Positions 29,753 through 39,329 of a DNA stretch of 60,307 nt are shown piece by piece. The notes under the pieces were generated by a model. That model saw only the letters and a program-made list of their open reading frames with translations, had not been told where the DNA came from and ran no database searches. The stretch covers positions 1 to 60,307 of the forward strand of contig JBDHAC010000058.1 in assembly GCA_039588275.1 (NCBI GenBank), read 5' to 3'. The translations under genes were made by a program, and so were the position numbers. This DNA is from Gemmatimonadota bacterium (GTDB lineage Bacteria; Gemmatimonadota; Gemmatimonadetes; Palauibacterales; Palauibacteraceae). Position 1 is the first letter of the stretch. Every line of letters begins with the position of its first letter.

Positions 29753-30181
29753 GTGGTCGACTTCCTGGGCACCTTCAAGCATCAAATCGATGCGAAGGGA
29801 CGCATTTCGCTGCCCGCGCTGTTCCGACGCGGTCACGAGGCCGAGCCGTTCGTCCTCATCCATGTGCAGCCCCATTCCCTGTCGCTCTACCCCGCTGAGG
29901 AGTGGAAGGAATTCCGCGCCGAGCTGAAAAGCATGAAGCGCCGGGAGGAGTACCGGGACCAGGTCATCGCGCTGACGGCCAGCGCGGTCCCGGTCGTCCC
30001 CGACAAACAGGGACGCATCCTCATCCCTGAGCGCTTACGCGACGCGGTGGACCTGGGTTCCGAGGCGCTGGTGGTGGGTGCCCTCGATCACATCGAGATC
30101 TGGGACCCCGAACGCTTCGCGAGCAGCACGAGCGTGGGGAGCGAGGAATTCAAGAAGCACGTGAGGTCGCTTCTGGCCTGA
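29753..30181 (+). CDS. mraZ: Transcriptional repressor MraZ
   Basis: Two DxxGR motifs (DAKGRI, DKQGRI), HIEIW; first gene of dcw cluster. Confidence 0.95.
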   Translation: MVDFLGTFKHQIDAKGRISLPALFRRGHEAEPFVLIHVQPHSLSLYPAEEWKEFRAELKSMKRREEYRDQVIALTASAVPVVPDKQGRILIPERLRDAVDLGSEALVVGALDHIEIWDPERFASSTSVGSEEFKKHVRSLLA

Positions 30182-30234
30182 TCGAAGTCGAGCCGACCGG
30201 TCGCCGCACGGTCGGGGGATGAGATAGGCGGCGA

Positions 30235-31197
30235 GTGTCCGAGAGGCCGTTCGAGCACGTGCCGGTCATGCCGGCGGAGGTGCTGCGGTACCTGCGCCCA
30301 CAGCGCGGTGGACGATTCTTGGACGCGACCGTCGGGGGCGGTGGGCATGCGGTCCTCCTCTTGGAGGCGGACCCGGCCGTGCGGTTGATCGGACTCGACC
30401 GTGATGCAGAGGCGATACAGGCGGCGCGACAGCGGTTGGAACCGTTTGCCGATCGCGTCGAGCTGATCGAGGCGAACTACCGGGACGTAGGTCGGCTCGA
30501 AGCAGAGACAGAGTTGAAAGATCTGGCGGGGGCGCTGTTGGACCTGGGCGTTTCCTCGCACCAGATCGAGACAAAAACCCGCGGGTTCTCTTACCGTCCG
30601 GGCACACCGTTGTTAATGCGGATGGGCGGGACAACGGGCGATAGAGAGCCCGCGGGAGTCTTTCTCAATACGGCGTCCGAGTCGGAGCTAGGACGCATCT
30701 TTCGGGAGTACGGAGAGGAGCGCCGCTGGAAGGCGCTCGCGCGCGCGATCGCTCGCCGCCGAATGAAGCGGCCGTTCGAGGTGAGCGATGATCTCGTCGG
30801 TGCACTGACTGCCGTTCTCGGCCGGCGGGCCACGGAGCGGGAAAAGGCGCGGCTTTTCCAGGCAGTCCGCATCGCCGTCAACGACGAGTTGAGCGCGCTG
30901 GAGGAGGGGCTGGAGGCGATCCGGACCGGGCTCATGCCGGAGGGGAGGCTCGTCGCGATCTCCTACCACTCCCTGGAAGACCGAATCGTAAAGAACGCGT
31001 TTCGAGAGTGGGGCCGGGAGTGCGTCTGTCCTCCCGGGTTGCCGGAGTGCCGTTGTCGGGGCGCTCCGCTGGGCCGCGCGCTGACGAAGAAGCCCTTGCG
31101 TCCCTCGGCCGAAGAGATCGAGCGGAATCCCCGCGCTCGAAGTGCCCGACTTAGGGTGTGGGAGGAGGGATCTGTGAGCGCGGATTCCGGATCTTGA
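30235..31197 (+). CDS. rsmH: 16S rRNA m4C1402 methyltransferase
   Basis: HVPVM, DATVGGGGH, DLGVSS, FQAVRIAVNDEL, SYHSLEDRIVK, NPRARSA. Confidence 0.97.
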   Translation: MSERPFEHVPVMPAEVLRYLRPQRGGRFLDATVGGGGHAVLLLEADPAVRLIGLDRDAEAIQAARQRLEPFADRVELIEANYRDVGRLEAETELKDLAGALLDLGVSSHQIETKTRGFSYRPGTPLLMRMGGTTGDREPAGVFLNTASESELGRIFREYGEERRWKALARAIARRRMKRPFEVSDDLVGALTAVLGRRATEREKARLFQAVRIAVNDELSALEEGLEAIRTGLMPEGRLVAISYHSLEDRIVKNAFREWGRECVCPPGLPECRCRGAPLGRALTKKPLRPSAEEIERNPRARSARLRVWEEGSVSADSGS

Positions 31198-31544
31198 CCC
31201 GGGAGACGGCACGGCGCATACGGCGTCGCACCGTGCGCCGCTGGCTTCTGCCGGCGCTCGCCGGGGCAGCTCTGATCCTCGCGCTGACCGCCGTCGTACA
31301 GCGGGGCGAGGAGGGACGACGGCTCTCGCGCGAGGTGCTCGCGCTTCAGAGCGAAGAGCAAATCGTCCGCGACCGAATCGCGGAAGAGACGGCCCGAGCG
31401 GACTCCCTGGGCTCGTTGGGACGGCTCGAGACGGTAGCGGGCGCGATCGGCCTTCGTCAGGCCGGGGACGGGGAAGTCACGTACCTCCGTGATGCGGAGC
31501 CGGGAGGCTCGGCGGCCTCGGATGATGAGCGCGACGAGGAATAG
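31194..31544 (+). CDS. ftsL: Cell division protein FtsL-like
   Basis: Position between rsmH and ftsI; basic N-terminus, single TM, coiled coil, RLETVA..IGL; TTG start inferred. Confidence 0.7.
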   Translation: MTRETARRIRRRTVRRWLLPALAGAALILALTAVVQRGEEGRRLSREVLALQSEEQIVRDRIAEETARADSLGSLGRLETVAGAIGLRQAGDGEVTYLRDAEPGGSAASDDERDEE

Positions 31545-31573
31545 CGGGGACCAGAGCGAGGGGTGGTGACGGG

Positions 31574-33577
31574 TTGACGAAGGGAAGGAAAGGGAGCGGA
31601 CGGCGGAAGCGGACGGGAGACGTGACCTCCCGGCCCGTGTGCGCGCGGACGCATTTCCGGCGCCTCCACTGTCTCGGGGCCGCCTTCTCCCTTCTCGCCA
31701 CCGCGTACGTGGGCCGCCTCGTCCAGCTCCAGATCGTCGACGGGTCCGAGTGGGAGCGGATCGCCCGGGCACAGAGCGCCAAAGAGGTCGAGATCCCCGC
31801 GCGCAGGGGCGGCATCTACGACCGGGAGGGCCGGCCGCTCGCCCTCGCTGATCTTCGCTATCGGGCCTATCTAGCGCCGCTGGAAATGGCCGACGTCGAT
31901 TCCGGCATCGAAGCCGCGAGCCGCATTCTCGGACTCTCTCCGGCGCAGGAAGCCCGTATCCGGGCTGCGGAGTCCGGTTGGGTGCCTCTGCCCGGCCGAC
32001 TGACCGACGCGGAGCGCGAGCGTCTGCTGGGGGCGATTCGGGTCGGTGTCCATTTCAACCCTGTCCCCGCCAGGACGTATCCCCAGGGCGACGTGGGTCG
32101 CGTTCTCCTCGGAGCGATCGACTCCGAAGGGGAAGCCCTCTCGGGTCTCGAGCTCGAGCTGGATGACCGGTTGCGGGGTCAGCCCGGAGCCTCCAGGGAA
32201 CGCCTGGATGCATACGGTGGCACGTACTGGCTTCCTGGAGAACGGATTGCAGAGCCCCGTCCCGGCCAGGACGTGATTCTCACCATCGACGCCGAGCTAC
32301 AACGGATCGCCGAGAACGAGCTGGAACGCGCGCTCGCGGAGACCGGCTCACAGGCCGGCGATATCGTTCTGATGGAGCCGGGCACCGGCGCGCTCCTCGC
32401 CGTGGCCAGCAGGGGCCACGGGAGCGCCAGACACATCCCGGTACTCACCGATCCGTATGAGCCTGGGTCGACGCTGAAGCCCTTCCTCCTGGCCTCTCTG
32501 CTCAACGAAGCCCTCGTCGATCTCGGCGAGACCATCGATGCCGAGGGAGGCGTCCTGACGTTGGGGCGCCGCGTGATCCGTGACGTCCACCCGTACGATG
32601 AGCTGACCGTTGCCGAAGTGCTCACCTACTCGAGCAACGTGGGTGCGGCGAAGCTGTCGCAGCGCCTGCGACCGGCGGTCCAATACAGGTATCTGAGGGA
32701 CTTCGGGTTCGGGACCCCGACCGGCATCGAGTATCCGTCGGAATCGGGCGGTCGCCTGATCAAGCCGAAGGCCTGGACGGCTCTGAGCCCGGCCTCGCTC
32801 GCGATGGGCTACGAAGTCTCGACCACCTCGTTGCAGCTCGCGGTAGCCTACGCGGCGCTCGCGAACGACGGGTTGCTCATGCGGCCGTTCCTGATTCGCG
32901 AGATCCGGGACGGCGCGGGAGAGACGATCGAGCGCTCCGAGCCCCAGCCGGTCCGCCGCGTCGTACGTCCGGAGGTGGCTCGCCGGGTGACGGAGGTCCT
33001 ACAGAGGGTCGTCCGCGAGGGGACGGGCACGCTGGCGGGAATGGCCAGCCTGGCCGTCGCGGGCAAGACGGGGACGGCGAGGCTCGCGACCGAGAAGGGC
33101 TACGCCTCAGACCGCTACCGGGCATCCTTCGTGGGGTACGCGCCGGCTGACGATCCTCAGGTCGTGATCCTGACCCGACTCGAGGATCCTCAGGGTCGCT
33201 ACTACGGCGGGACGGTGGCGGCTCCAACGAGCCATGCCACGCTCGAAGCCGCTCTGGCGACGCAGGGCATGCGGCTCGATCGCCGATTGCTCGTGCGCGA
33301 GCCCGCTCCCGGCACCTGGGGGGGTGAGCGCGCACCGGCGGATGCAGGCCCCTTCATCTTCGCTGTCGGTTCGGACCCGGCCCCGTGGGCGAGCGAGCCC
33401 GCGGAGCTCGGGCACGTCGTGATGCCCGACCTCGAAGGTCTCCCGCTGCGCGCCGCCGTTTCGCGCCTGCACGAGTTGGGACTGCGAGTCGAGCTGAAGG
33501 GTACAGGTCAGGTACGAGGACAGGTCCCGGCACCGGGTCAGGGAGTGACCCGAGGGGCCACGGTCGTGTTGCGATAA
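31574..33577 (+). CDS. ftsI: Peptidoglycan D,D-transpeptidase FtsI (class B PBP with PASTA domain)
   Basis: RGGIYDR, GLE, EPGSTLK (SxxK), SSN, KTGT, C-terminal PASTA; start uncertain. Confidence 0.92.
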   Translation: MTKGRKGSGRRKRTGDVTSRPVCARTHFRRLHCLGAAFSLLATAYVGRLVQLQIVDGSEWERIARAQSAKEVEIPARRGGIYDREGRPLALADLRYRAYLAPLEMADVDSGIEAASRILGLSPAQEARIRAAESGWVPLPGRLTDAERERLLGAIRVGVHFNPVPARTYPQGDVGRVLLGAIDSEGEALSGLELELDDRLRGQPGASRERLDAYGGTYWLPGERIAEPRPGQDVILTIDAELQRIAENELERALAETGSQAGDIVLMEPGTGALLAVASRGHGSARHIPVLTDPYEPGSTLKPFLLASLLNEALVDLGETIDAEGGVLTLGRRVIRDVHPYDELTVAEVLTYSSNVGAAKLSQRLRPAVQYRYLRDFGFGTPTGIEYPSESGGRLIKPKAWTALSPASLAMGYEVSTTSLQLAVAYAALANDGLLMRPFLIREIRDGAGETIERSEPQPVRRVVRPEVARRVTEVLQRVVREGTGTLAGMASLAVAGKTGTARLATEKGYASDRYRASFVGYAPADDPQVVILTRLEDPQGRYYGGTVAAPTSHATLEAALATQGMRLDRRLLVREPAPGTWGGERAPADAGPFIFAVGSDPAPWASEPAELGHVVMPDLEGLPLRAAVSRLHELGLRVELKGTGQVRGQVPAPGQGVTRGATVVLR

Positions 33578-33704
33578 CACGAGCGCCGGCATGGCTTCCT
33601 CCGGTGCGCGGAACGCCAAGTCGGCGAGGCGAGGACATTCAACGGAGGGCATCGGCAGACCGGACTTCAAGGTCGAGGTGACGGACTACGACAGGCGCGG
33701 CCGT

Positions 33705-33792
33705 TGGGATGTGTGGAGGTGGGGAAGACGGCCCGGATCCAGCCAGGGTGGGATGTGTGGAGGTGGGGAAGACGGCCCGGATCCAGCCAGGG
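33705..33792. repeat. Perfect 44-bp tandem duplication in the ftsI-murE intergenic region
   Basis: TGGGATGTGTGGAGGTGGGGAAGACGGCCCGGATCCAGCCAGGG at 33705-33748 and 33749-33792. Confidence 0.95.
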
Positions 33793-33907
33793 CACGGCTG
33801 CGCCTGTCACTCAAACGTGCCGGACACGGCAAGTCTCGCCTGAGGATCGCGGCTCCCCCAGGCCACACCATCCATCGATCCTGCAGTCCGACCGAGCGTC
33901 GAATCTC

Positions 33908-35497
33908 GTGCCTAACAGTGTAATCACCAGCGACGCAGTCGAGCGGAGATTGCTGCGGCGAGGACTGCGGCCCCGCTGGCTGAGCGAGCCACCGCCCAGC
34001 TTCAGCGGCCTGGCGGCCGATTCTCGAGCGGTGCAGGCAGGCGATCTGTTCTGCGCCCTGCCGGGATCCCAGGTCGATGGGCACGCTTTTGTGGCGCAAG
34101 CGGCCCGCGCCGGTGCGGCCGCAGCGCTCGTCGAGCGCCTCGCTACCGACGTCGAGCTCCCCCAGCTGCAGGTAACGGACACCCGGTTGGGGATCGCCCA
34201 CCTCGCGTCGCTGTTTTACGAAGATCCCGCCGAAGAGCTCGCGCTTGTGGGGGTTACCGGCACGAACGGGAAGTCCACGACCGTGTGGCTCGCGCGTCAT
34301 CTGCTCTCCGACCTCGGGCCAGCAGGGGCAGTCGGCACGCTGGGGGTCGTCCACCCGAGCGGCGAGCTCGCCGCGGGCGGCCTGACGACCCCGGACCCGA
34401 TCGCGCTCATGCAGGCGCTGGCCGACCTCGGCGATGAGGGGTCCCGCAGCGTCTCCCTGGAGGTCTCCTCGCACGCGCTCGATCAACGTCGGGCGGATGC
34501 GCTCCGCTTCGCCGCGGTCGTGTTCACGAGCTTCAGCCGTGAGCACCTCGAGTACCACCAGGACCTGGATGACTACCTCGCCACCAAGCTGCGGCTGGTC
34601 GAATTGCTCCGCCCCGGCGGCCTGTGCGCGGTCAATGCGGACGAGCCCGCCTGGCTCGACATCGAGTACGAGGAAGGTCGCGTGTGGCGGTACGGTCTCG
34701 CGGCGGCCGCCGACGTCCGGGCTGTGGACCTCGAGCTCGGCCCGCACGGGAGCCGCTGGCGTCTCGTGACTCCGGCGGGTGACGCTCTGGTGGAGCTCCC
34801 GCTCCCCGGGGGCTTCAACGTGCGGAACGCGCTGGCCGCAGCGACCGTCGGTCTCGACGCGGGTCTCGTACCCGAAAGGATCGCGGAGCTGCTGGGCGGC
34901 ACGCCGCCGGTCCCGGGCCGCATGGAGGTTCTGCGGCGAGAGCCCTCGGTAGTGCTCCGTGACTACGCCCACACCCCCGACGCGTTCGAGCGAGCGTTGG
35001 GCGCGCTGCGCCCCGGCGTCGAGGGTCGCCTGATCGCCGTATTCGGTTGCGGAGGCGAACGCGATCCCGGCAAACGCCCGTTGATGGGCGAGATCGCGGC
35101 GCGGCTCGCTGACCTGACGATCGTCACGTCCGACAACCCCCGCTCCGAGGACCCGGAAGCGATCATCGCTCAGGTGGTCGCCGATGCGGATCCGGCGAAG
35201 TACGAGGTGGTCGTGGATCGGCGCGATGCGATCGTGCGCGCGCTCGACGAGGCGGCCCCCGGCGACGTGGTCGTCTTGCTCGGCAAGGGCCACGAGACAT
35301 ACCAGCTCGTGGGCGACGAGCGACAGCCGTTCGACGAAGCCACGATCGTTCGCGAGCTGTCGGCCGGGTCAGCCGAGGCCGCCGTCTCGCCAGACCCGAT
35401 CGAGTCGGCCGAATCCGCCGACGAGGAGGCCCCGACGGAGCGCGCCGTCCCCGGCGCTGCGGAGCTGAACGGGACCGGCAAGCAGGCGCCACGGTGA
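33908..35497 (+). CDS. murE: UDP-MurNAc-tripeptide synthetase (meso-DAP type)
   Basis: GVTGTNGKST, TTPDP, EVSSH, DYAHTPD, FGCGG, DNPR, GKGHE; start approximate. Confidence 0.95.
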   Translation: MPNSVITSDAVERRLLRRGLRPRWLSEPPPSFSGLAADSRAVQAGDLFCALPGSQVDGHAFVAQAARAGAAAALVERLATDVELPQLQVTDTRLGIAHLASLFYEDPAEELALVGVTGTNGKSTTVWLARHLLSDLGPAGAVGTLGVVHPSGELAAGGLTTPDPIALMQALADLGDEGSRSVSLEVSSHALDQRRADALRFAAVVFTSFSREHLEYHQDLDDYLATKLRLVELLRPGGLCAVNADEPAWLDIEYEEGRVWRYGLAAAADVRAVDLELGPHGSRWRLVTPAGDALVELPLPGGFNVRNALAAATVGLDAGLVPERIAELLGGTPPVPGRMEVLRREPSVVLRDYAHTPDAFERALGALRPGVEGRLIAVFGCGGERDPGKRPLMGEIAARLADLTIVTSDNPRSEDPEAIIAQVVADADPAKYEVVVDRRDAIVRALDEAAPGDVVVLLGKGHETYQLVGDERQPFDEATIVRELSAGSAEAAVSPDPIESAESADEEAPTERAVPGAAELNGTGKQAPR

Positions 35498-36909
35498 CGA
35501 GCGCTCGACGCACCGGCGTGCGCGCCCTGCCCTTGCCCATCGACTCACGGCTCGTGCGCGCCGCCCTCGGCCTCTCCGAGGAGGGGCAAGCATCCGCCTG
35601 CGAGTACACGGGGGTCAGCACGGACACCCGCACGCTCCAGCCGGGCGAGTTGTTCGTGGCGATCAGCGGCGAGCGGTTCAACGCCTCGGACTTCCTGACC
35701 GAGGCAGCGGAGCAGGGAGCGCCGGGAGCCATCGTCCCGATCGGGCGGGAGGATCCCGAGCTGCGGCTCGAGTACTTCCCGGTGCCCGATCCGGTCGTCG
35801 CCCTGGGCGAGCTCGCCGCCTGGGTGCGGCGGAGCGCTTCGGTGCGGGTCGTGGGAATCACGGGCAGCTCGGGCAAGACGACCGTCAAGGAGATGGTGGC
35901 CTGCGCTCTCTCCGCGGACCGCGGCGTGTACCGATCGGAAGGGAATCTCAACAGCCAGGTCGGTCTGCCGCTCATGATCCTCCGCGCGCCGGCGGATGCC
36001 GATACGTGGGTGCTCGAGATGGGTGCCAGCGAGCCGGGCGAGATCCAGCGGCTGGTGCAGATCGCCCAGCCGGACGACGCGCTCATCACGACGGTCGGGC
36101 CCGCTCACCTGGAGCAGTTCCACGACGAGGCGACCGTCCTGCGGGAGAAGCTGAGCCTCGTGAGCGGCGCCTCATCGGATGGCCTCGTCGTCGTGGGAGA
36201 GCAGCCAGCGGCGCTGGTTCGGGAAGCGAAGCGAATGCGCCCGGACGCCATCGTCGCGGGCATCGGAGATACCGCCGACTTCAGACCGGAGCGCTACGGA
36301 GTGGAGGCCGAGCGGGTGTGGTTCGAGCGCGCCGGGGTTCGTTTTGGGGTCGAAGTCGGAGGAGAGCACCACCTGCGCGACGCGCTCATGGCTGCCGCCC
36401 TGGCTGACGCGCTCGGCGCGGAGCCCGAAACTGCCGCCGCCGGCCTGGCGAGCTACCGAGCGATCGGGATGCGAGGCGTCCTGCGGCAGCTCGGCGAGCT
36501 GACTGTTATGGCCGACTGCTACAACGCCAACCCCGAGTCGTTCAACGCCGCGATCGATTACTGCCGAAGCCTGTTCCCCGGGCGTCGGCTGGTGGCGTTC
36601 GTCGGGACGATGCTGGAGCTCGGCGATGCGGAGGCGGAGGCCCACCGGCAGATCGCGGACCGGCTGGTCGAGTCGGGATTCGCGCTCGTGGCGGCCACCG
36701 GTGCCTTTGCGACCGCCGCCCTGGCGATCGGAGAGGTGAACGGCACTCGATTCACGGCCGAGACCGACCCGGCCGACGCGTGGGAGCCGTTCGCATCCTC
36801 GCTCCAGGGCGATGAGGTCGTGCTCGTCAAAGGATCGCGCGGGGTACGGCTCGAGAAGATCGTGGAGCGTCTAGCGGCCCGCTTCACCCCCGCCGAGGAG
36901 GGCACCTGA
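35494..36909 (+). CDS. murF: UDP-MurNAc-pentapeptide synthetase
   Basis: GITGSSGKTTVKE, GNLN, LEMG, DCYNANP, KGSRG. Confidence 0.95.
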   Translation: MTSARRTGVRALPLPIDSRLVRAALGLSEEGQASACEYTGVSTDTRTLQPGELFVAISGERFNASDFLTEAAEQGAPGAIVPIGREDPELRLEYFPVPDPVVALGELAAWVRRSASVRVVGITGSSGKTTVKEMVACALSADRGVYRSEGNLNSQVGLPLMILRAPADADTWVLEMGASEPGEIQRLVQIAQPDDALITTVGPAHLEQFHDEATVLREKLSLVSGASSDGLVVVGEQPAALVREAKRMRPDAIVAGIGDTADFRPERYGVEAERVWFERAGVRFGVEVGGEHHLRDALMAAALADALGAEPETAAAGLASYRAIGMRGVLRQLGELTVMADCYNANPESFNAAIDYCRSLFPGRRLVAFVGTMLELGDAEAEAHRQIADRLVESGFALVAATGAFATAALAIGEVNGTRFTAETDPADAWEPFASSLQGDEVVLVKGSRGVRLEKIVERLAARFTPAEEGT

Positions 36910-37932
36910 TGCTGTATCACGTGCTCTTCCCGCTGGCCGACCAGAACATCCTGTTCAACGTCTTCCAGTACATCTCGTTCCGGGCGGCGGCCGCGATGGT
37001 CACGGCCCTGTTGACCGCCTTTCTGGTGGGGCCGCGCGTGATCTCGTGGCTGAACGCGCGTGGGTGGGGTCAGGTCGTGCGGGCCGAGGGCCCCTCGACT
37101 CACCTGAAGAAGGCGGGAACGCCGACCATGGGTGGCCTGATCATCCTGGCGGCCAGCCTGATCCCCACGCTCCTGTGGGCGCGGCTGGACCACGTGTACG
37201 TGTGGATCGCCTTCGGGGTCATGGCGTGGATGGGCGCCATCGGCTTCATGGACGACTACCTCAAGGTCGTTCGGAAGGAATCGCGCGGGCTGATCGCGCG
37301 CTACAAGCTGTTCTGGCAGGTCATCCTCGGGTTGGCCCTGGGGACCTTCCTGCTCCTCGTGCCGCTGTCCCGGTACGGCACCAGTCAGACCATGCTGCCG
37401 TTCTTCAAGGACCTCAGCGTGGGATGGTCTCGCCGCCGGGCTCAGCGGCATCGCGGCTCTGACGTTCGGCCTGTTCGCGTACGTAATCGGCCGCGTGGAC
37501 ACGTCGAGTTATCTGGGGGTCTTTTATCTCCCCGGCGCTGGCGAGCTCACGGTCTTCTGCGCGGCGGTGTCGGGGGCCGCGATCGGCTTCCTGTGGTTCA
37601 ACGCGCCTCCGGCCGAGGTCTTCATGGGGGATACCGGCTCGCTGGCGCTCGGCGGTGCCATCGGCGCGGTCGCCGTATTGCTCAAGTCCGAGTTCCTGCT
37701 CGTGTTCGTGGGCGGGGTGTTCGTGTTGGAGGGTCTCTCCGTCCTCCTCCAGTCGGGGTGGTTCAAGTACACGCGCTGGCGCACGGGAAGCGGACGACGC
37801 GTGTTCCGCATGGCCCCCCTTCATCACCACTTCGAGAAGCTGGGGTGGCCCGAGACCCGGGTGGTGATCCGTTTCTACATCCTCGGGATCATCTTCAGCT
37901 TGATCGGGCTGGCGACCTTGAAGGTGCGGTGA
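36909..37932 (+). pseudogene. mraY: Phospho-MurNAc-pentapeptide transferase, with internal deletion and frameshift at about 37421 in this assembly
   Basis: N-part KAGTPTMGG, GFMDD up to FFKDLSV; C-part in another frame DGLAAG, FMGDTGS, MAPLHHHFE; the conserved NAVNLTDG segment is absent. Confidence 0.9.
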
Positions 37933-39329
37933 TGGGCGCCCGCCGCGGCACGGGGCCGCTCTTCGAGACGGGCGACAGGGTCGCGGTCCTGGGCCTGGGT
38001 GTGTCGGGCGCGGCGGCGGCGAGGCTCATCCACGCACGGGGCGGCGCCGTGTACGCCAGCGACTCGTTCGACGGTCCCGTGCAGGCGGCGGCGGCCGAGG
38101 CGCTCCGAGCGGAGGGGATCGACGCCGAGGCCGGGCGCCACGATCTGGACCGAATCCTGGCCAGCGATCTCGTCGTCACGTCGCCGGGCATCGACCCGGC
38201 TACGGACGTGCGGCAGGCAGTCACAGCCGCGGGTCTGCCGACGGTGGCCGAGATCGAGGTCGCGTTCGGCAGCCTCGAATCCCGAGTCATCGGAATCACG
38301 GGGACGAACGGCAAGACCACCGCTACGGCGTTGTGCGGTCACCTGCTCGAGGCGGCGGGGCTGGATGCCACCACGGCCGGGAACATCGGTTGCCCGCTCT
38401 CCGAAGTAGCCCTCCAGGAGCCGCAACCGGACTGGGTGGTGGTCGAGCTCAGCTCCTTCCAGCTCGCCGACCAGGAAACCTTCCGTCCCGACATCGGCGT
38501 GCTGCTGAATCTCGCCCCGGATCATCTCGACCGATACGCGAGCCTCGAACTCTACTACGGGGACAAGCGACGCCTGTTCGCGAACGCCACCGCCGACAGT
38601 CGCTGGGTCATCAACCTGGACGATGGCGAGGTGGTGGAGATGGCGAAGGGAGTCGCCGGCCGCCACTTCTTCGCCTCCCTGACCCCGCACGACCTCGAAG
38701 GGGCGTTCCTGGGAGAGGACGGATGGCTCGCTCAGCGGCTGGACAGACAGCTCGATCGCTGGACGTCCGAGGGTCACCTGCAACTGGTCGGTCGACACAA
38801 CGTCACGAACGCGCTTCTCGCTGGGCTGGCCGCGGCGCTGGCCGGCTGCGAAGCGAGCCGCATCGGTGCCGGCCTCGCCACGTTCCAGGGGCTCCCGCAC
38901 CGCCTCCAGCCGATCGGCGTGTTCGAGGGCGTCCGTTGGATCAACGACTCCAAGGGCACGAACGTCTCTGCGGCGCGCGTCGCGATACAGGCGTTCCAGC
39001 AACCGGAGATCGTAGTGCTCGGCGGGCGGCACAAGGGCGAGCCATACACGTCCCTACTGCCCGCGCTCGAGGAGCACGCGCGCGCCGTGATCGCGTTCGG
39101 CGAAGCCGCCCCGCTCATTCTGCGGGAGCTGGGTGACCACCTCCCCCTTCACGTGGAGAGCGGGATCGGCGCGGTCGTTCGGTGTGCGAAGGAGCTGGCG
39201 CGCGAGGGCGACGTCGTCGTCTTCTCTCCGGCCTGCTCGAGCTTCGACATGTTCCCCAACTACAAGGAGCGCGGCCTGGCGTTCGAGCGTGCGGTGCGCG
39301 AGCTGCACGAAGGGGTACCGGCGGCATGA
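37932..39329 (+). CDS. murD: UDP-MurNAc-L-Ala:D-Glu ligase
   Basis: VLGLGVSG, GITGTNGKTT, ELSSFQL, DHLDRY, INDSKGTN, SPACSSFD; 3' part of ORF 36909..39329. Confidence 0.95.
   Translation: MGARRGTGPLFETGDRVAVLGLGVSGAAAARLIHARGGAVYASDSFDGPVQAAAAEALRAEGIDAEAGRHDLDRILASDLVVTSPGIDPATDVRQAVTAAGLPTVAEIEVAFGSLESRVIGITGTNGKTTATALCGHLLEAAGLDATTAGNIGCPLSEVALQEPQPDWVVVELSSFQLADQETFRPDIGVLLNLAPDHLDRYASLELYYGDKRRLFANATADSRWVINLDDGEVVEMAKGVAGRHFFASLTPHDLEGAFLGEDGWLAQRLDRQLDRWTSEGHLQLVGRHNVTNALLAGLAAALAGCEASRIGAGLATFQGLPHRLQPIGVFEGVRWINDSKGTNVSAARVAIQAFQQPEIVVLGGRHKGEPYTSLLPALEEHARAVIAFGEAAPLILRELGDHLPLHVESGIGAVVRCAKELAREGDVVVFSPACSSFDMFPNYKERGLAFERAVRELHEGVPAA

Noticed and set aside
33705..33792. CRISPR array
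   Set aside because: Two directly abutting copies, no spacers and no cas genes in the window. The same applies to the repeat at 18448.
36909..39329. Genuine MraY-MurD fusion protein or programmed frameshift in mraY
   Set aside because: The middle of the ORF is out-of-frame MraY sequence, and conserved codons are physically missing, so recoding could not restore the protein. murD has its own ATG overlapping the mraY stop.
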